Part shown: piece by piece, positions 60,829 to 64,000 of the stretch
Numbering within the stretch: position 1 is the first letter of the stretch
Layout of the letters: each line of letters starts with the position of its first letter
Source of the DNA: Thermoplasmatota archaeon
GTDB taxonomy: Archaea; Thermoplasmatota; Poseidoniia; MGIII; CG-Epi1
DNA: 64,000 bases
Assembly: GCA_036148495.1 (NCBI GenBank)
Contig: JAYYHK010000036.1
Location: 2,125-66,124, forward strand
Reading direction: 5' to 3'
Made by a program: the position numbers and the translations under genes
Notes under the pieces: generated by a model
The model's input: only the letters and a program-made list of their open reading frames with translations
Told to the model about the DNA's origin: nothing
Databases searched by the model: none

Positions 60829-61811
60829 ACGTGTCAGCGATAATATTAGGTATTGAGTCAACAGCCCATACAGCAGGCGTTGGAATTATTACTTCAGAGG
60901 GCAAAATTTTGTCTAATCAGAGGTCGATGTATATTCCGGAAGAAGGTGGAATCCATCCACGTGAGGCTGCAAGGCATCATTCCGACACTTTTCCAATATT
61001 GTTTGAGAAAGCCTTTCAGGAAGCTAAGTTGAAGCCTAATGATATTTCCCTAGTTTCGTATGCTAGAGGTCCTGGTTTAGGGCCCTGTCTCAGAACAGGA
61101 GCTACTGCAGCCAGAGCTTTTGCTTACACTCATGATATTCCCCTTATTGGAGTAAATCATTGTGTGGCTCATTTAGAAATCGGGTTACTTGAAGGGGCAA
61201 CAGATCCGGTTTTACTTTATTTGTCTGGTGCCAATACTCAAGTTATAGCGTATGCTTCTGAAAAGTATAGGGTGTTTGGTGAGACTATTGACATTGGAAT
61301 TGGCAATGGTTTAGATAAATTTGCCAGAGAAGCTGGAATGGGTTTTCCAGGCGGTCCGAAAATTGAAAAATTAGCGAAAGGTCCAGAACTATTGGATTTA
61401 CCTTATTCAGTAAAAGGGATGGATATGGCCTTCTCTGGTTTAATGACTGCAGCGAAGTCTAAGTTAGATTCAGGCCACTCTATTGAAACTGTCACATATT
61501 CATTACAAGAGCATGCTTTTGCAATGTCTTGCGAAGTTGCGGAAAGAGCTCTGGCACATACTGGAAAGACTGAATTAGTATTAGGAGGAGGTGTAGCATG
61601 TAACGAGAGACTAAGAGAAATGGCTACTATTATGACTGAGGAACGAGGAGTCAAGTGTTTCATACCTTCGAAAGATTTGTGCGTTGATAATGGAGTAATG
61701 ATTGGCTGGTTAGGCCACCAAATGGTCAGTGGAAATTATGAAATAACTGATGAAGATAACAGAGTTCATCAAAAATATCGTACAGATATGGTAGAGGTAA
61801 CTTGGAGATGA
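60825..61811 (+). CDS. kae1: tRNA N6-adenosine threonylcarbamoyltransferase Kae1
   Basis: [16 protein letters not shown]... is the Kae1/TsaD N-terminus. The metal-binding His pair (HCVAH) is present, and the length is 328 aa. Confidence 0.95.
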   Translation: MNVSAIILGIESTAHTAGVGIITSEGKILSNQRSMYIPEEGGIHPREAARHHSDTFPILFEKAFQEAKLKPNDISLVSYARGPGLGPCLRTGATAARAFAYTHDIPLIGVNHCVAHLEIGLLEGATDPVLLYLSGANTQVIAYASEKYRVFGETIDIGIGNGLDKFAREAGMGFPGGPKIEKLAKGPELLDLPYSVKGMDMAFSGLMTAAKSKLDSGHSIETVTYSLQEHAFAMSCEVAERALAHTGKTELVLGGGVACNERLREMATIMTEERGVKCFIPSKDLCVDNGVMIGWLGHQMVSGNYEITDEDNRVHQKYRTDMVEVTWR

Positions 61812-62410
61812 TTTTTAGAGGTGCTGAAGCAATTGTTGAAAAAATAGACTGGCAAGGGTTCCCAGCAGTATCGAAGATTCGAAATGAAAGGTCTTACAGA
61901 CATCCGGATTTAGAAAAGAGATTGGTGAAAGAGAGACTGAGAAGCGAGTCTCGAATTATTGAGCGTTTATTATCAGATGGCATTTCAGTTCCATCAATTT
62001 ATGAGGTTAATGTAGATAAGTCTCAAATAATCATGGAATTCATTGATGGTATTACTCTCGAGAAAGGACTTCGAACTGATAATTTCGAGGAATATTTGGT
62101 TTCTTCAGCCAAATTATTGTCACAAATACATTCATCAAGCATAGTCCATGGAGATCCCACAACTAGCAATTTTATGATTTTAGATAAATTATATGCAATA
62201 GATTTTGGACTTTCCAGTTTTGATGACGACGCTGAATCCAGAGCTTCAGATCTTCGGGTTTTTTTGGAATCTTTGGAAGCTCATCATTCTGAGATATTAG
62301 GGAGAGATATTTTCTTGGCTGCATACTCTAAATGGTCTCAGTCGAAAGAAGTACTCAATGCTTTGGAAGTATTAGAGTTACGTGGCCGGTATAATTTAAT
62401 GCGAGGTTAG
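61802..62410 (+). CDS. bud32: KEOPS kinase Bud32/PRPK (Kae1-associated kinase), separate from but overlapping kae1
   Basis: The catalytic IVHGDPTTSNFM and IDFGLS motifs are present in a minimal 202-aa kinase. Confidence 0.85.
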   Translation: MEMIFRGAEAIVEKIDWQGFPAVSKIRNERSYRHPDLEKRLVKERLRSESRIIERLLSDGISVPSIYEVNVDKSQIIMEFIDGITLEKGLRTDNFEEYLVSSAKLLSQIHSSSIVHGDPTTSNFMILDKLYAIDFGLSSFDDDAESRASDLRVFLESLEAHHSEILGRDIFLAAYSKWSQSKEVLNALEVLELRGRYNLMRG

Positions 62411-62455
62411 GCTCACTGTAATAAATCCCCCCTACTAATACTCAATAGGCTCACT

Positions 62456-64000
62456 TTGAATATAATACGAAAGTTCTTCGCACTAGCTTTTCTCTCAATG
62501 ATTGTTATGTCAATCCCTGACGTAGAAGCAGACAAGGAACCTGTATGGAGCTGGTCTTCATCTAGCCCCGTAACTAACGTCGCAATATCATCAGATTCAA
62601 TTAATCTTTCTGCAACATATGGTCAATCAGTATCATTGTGGAAAAATGGAACATCTTCCCCTTATAATACAAAGACTCTCTCGCAAGGTATTAGTTACAT
62701 GGAAATGTCATCTAATGGAATGTATGTTTTAACTGGAGAAGAAACAAATAAGTTGACTCTGTGGCAAGATGGAACTAAAGTATGGGATAAAGGCGGATTT
62801 CTCAATGGCTTGTACGGGATAGATATTTCCTCAGACGGTTCGAATATAACCGCAGTAGATCGTAGAAATGTTTATTTCTTTGATAAAGGAAGTAATAGTG
62901 AGGTATGGAATGAAAACTTTGCGACTCAAGAAATGTCTACTGTAGCAATTTCTCCAGATGGTAGATATATTGCTGCAGGAACCTTTGATGGGAATGTGTA
63001 TGTTTTTTTAACATTAGATAAGGATGATGTATGGTACCATTCTGATGCGCTCGATGGTAAAATAACAGATATCTCTTTTTCAGGAGATAGCTCACATTTA
63101 ATTATTGGAACAGAATCTGGACGAGTTCATGTATATTCTTCGGAGGGAGGAGACCCTATGACAATGTTTCAGCCTAACGAGGTTTCATGCGTTGCGGCCG
63201 GATTAAATTCTAAGTATTATATTTACGGAACTTCTGAAGGCATGTTGACGCTTTTTGATGGCATTCTTGGAGCAGATATATGGCAAAAAAATATTGGTGG
63301 TGAGATTAAAGATTGTGTGTTCAATGGAAGAAGTACATACGTTTTTGCTGGTTCAGATAATAGAAAAATTGTTTTAGCCAATGTTACTACAGGTGATGAA
63401 GTTTGGAGAGTAAACGCAGTTAGTTCAGTTAATTCAGTTTCTCTATCGGACAGAGGTGAAAATTTATTGGTTGGTACAAATTCAGGTCTATCAATTTATT
63501 ATGAACAGTTGTTAGATAATCAGGCTCCAGTTGCAGAAATAGATCAAATAAATCCTACTATAGCTTTGCCTGGTGAATCTGTTACTTTCGTAGGTTCAGC
63601 TACAGACATAGATGGTTTTGTTTCAAATTACCATTGGTCTTCATCTATAGATGGTAATCTTTCCAACCTCAGTAATTTCACAATTTCAAACTTAACAATG
63701 GGTTTGCATGTAATTTCATTTATGGCTCAAGATGATGAAGGTAGGTGGGGTATTCCTGTCTCAATGGAATTAGGTGTTGGTGATTTTCCCGAAGTTTCAA
63801 TTTTATCAGTTTCTAATTGCATTGATTTGGAAAATTGTTTGATAAGCTTAGGTGATACACTTTCAGTCATTGCGATTGCTTCCTCTTTGACATCAGACGA
63901 TATTTCAATCGAAGAATATGAGTGGATTTCAAATATAGATGGCTTAGTTTCTAGCAGTTTAAATTTATCAACTACAGATTTGAGTCTAGGTTCACACACA
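62456..64000 (+). CDS. Secreted beta-propeller (PQQ/WD40-like repeats) plus PKD/Ig-like repeat surface protein; 3' end lies outside the window
   Basis: The frame is open from the Bud32 stop to the window end. A TTG at 62456 would give the signal peptide MNIIRKFFALAFLSMIVMSIPDVEA; the first ATG is at 62498. Propeller-like blades include YVLTGEETNKLTLW, IAAGTFDGNVYVF and LIIGTESGRVHVY. Repeated roughly 95-aa modules follow (YHWSSSIDGNLS...GLHVISFMAQDDEG and EYEWISNIDGLVSS...). Confidence 0.7.
   Translation, partial: MNIIRKFFALAFLSMIVMSIPDVEADKEPVWSWSSSSPVTNVAISSDSINLSATYGQSVSLWKNGTSSPYNTKTLSQGISYMEMSSNGMYVLTGEETNKLTLWQDGTKVWDKGGFLNGLYGIDISSDGSNITAVDRRNVYFFDKGSNSEVWNENFATQEMSTVAISPDGRYIAAGTFDGNVYVFLTLDKDDVWYHSDALDGKITDISFSGDSSHLIIGTESGRVHVYSSEGGDPMTMFQPNEVSCVAAGLNSKYYIYGTSEGMLTLFDGILGADIWQKNIGGEIKDCVFNGRSTYVFAGSDNRKIVLANVTTGDEVWRVNAVSSVNSVSLSDRGENLLVGTNSGLSIYYEQLLDNQAPVAEIDQINPTIALPGESVTFVGSATDIDGFVSNYHWSSSIDGNLSNLSNFTISNLTMGLHVISFMAQDDEGRWGIPVSMELGVGDFPEVSILSVSNCIDLENCLISLGDTLSVIAIASSLTSDDISIEEYEWISNIDGLVSSSLNLSTTDLSLGSHT

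Overview
The window is a 64 kb stretch of a low-GC archaeal chromosome; archaeal-type PheS/PheT, PriS primase, Pus10, Taw1, Kae1+Bud32 and ribosomal proteins L21e/L41e support this. By inference it comes from a marine planktonic euryarchaeon (Marine Group II/III-like), but the lineage cannot be confirmed from sequence alone. Genes are densely packed, many overlap at start/stop, and TTG starts preceded by strong GGAGG-type ribosome-binding sites are frequent.

Content runs in four blocks:
- A Liv-type branched-chain amino-acid ABC transporter whose two permeases are fused into one protein with an inserted TM2 domain. It is followed by a DtxR-family metal regulator and a putative metal permease.
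- A GrpE-DnaK heat-shock pair with no DnaJ, a sodium:neurotransmitter symporter, and a membrane-anchored M14 carboxypeptidase carrying Asp-rich calcium-binding repeats.
- A long housekeeping run: CysRS, Tmk, a MtaB-like methylthiotransferase, NadE, a B12-dependent ribonucleotide reductase (NrdJ), Taw1, PheS, MDH, ATP-PEPCK, tRNA-Val, KsgA, RNase HII, PriS, PheT, L41e, AsnRS, Pus10, and the L21e / Rpo4-like / DUF655 cluster.
- A distal island of heavily N-glycosylatable surface proteins (about 51.5-64 kb).

The most unusual content is in that island. A 1,777-aa protein with 13 CARDB/NEW3-like repeats has a C-terminal transmembrane helix followed by a cytoplasmic ubiquitin-fold tail. Nearby, a secreted parallel beta-helix protein has an N-terminal domain about 75% identical to eukaryotic ubiquitin, placed right after a signal peptide; it has no GG tail. 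These sit among a geranylgeranyl-reductase paralog (candidate polyprenol reductase), a divergent RHH/UPF0175 regulator gene, and further secreted proteins.

Other notable items:
- A ribosomal protein L41e gene (34 aa) absent from the ORF track.
- An Rpo4/F-like RNA polymerase subunit carrying a Zn-ribbon insertion.
- A LysE exporter followed by a GATase1/C26, PqqB-like and methyltransferase operon.
- A split arrangement of nitrilase-like and NadE genes.

No CRISPR array, rRNA gene or obvious mobile element is present.
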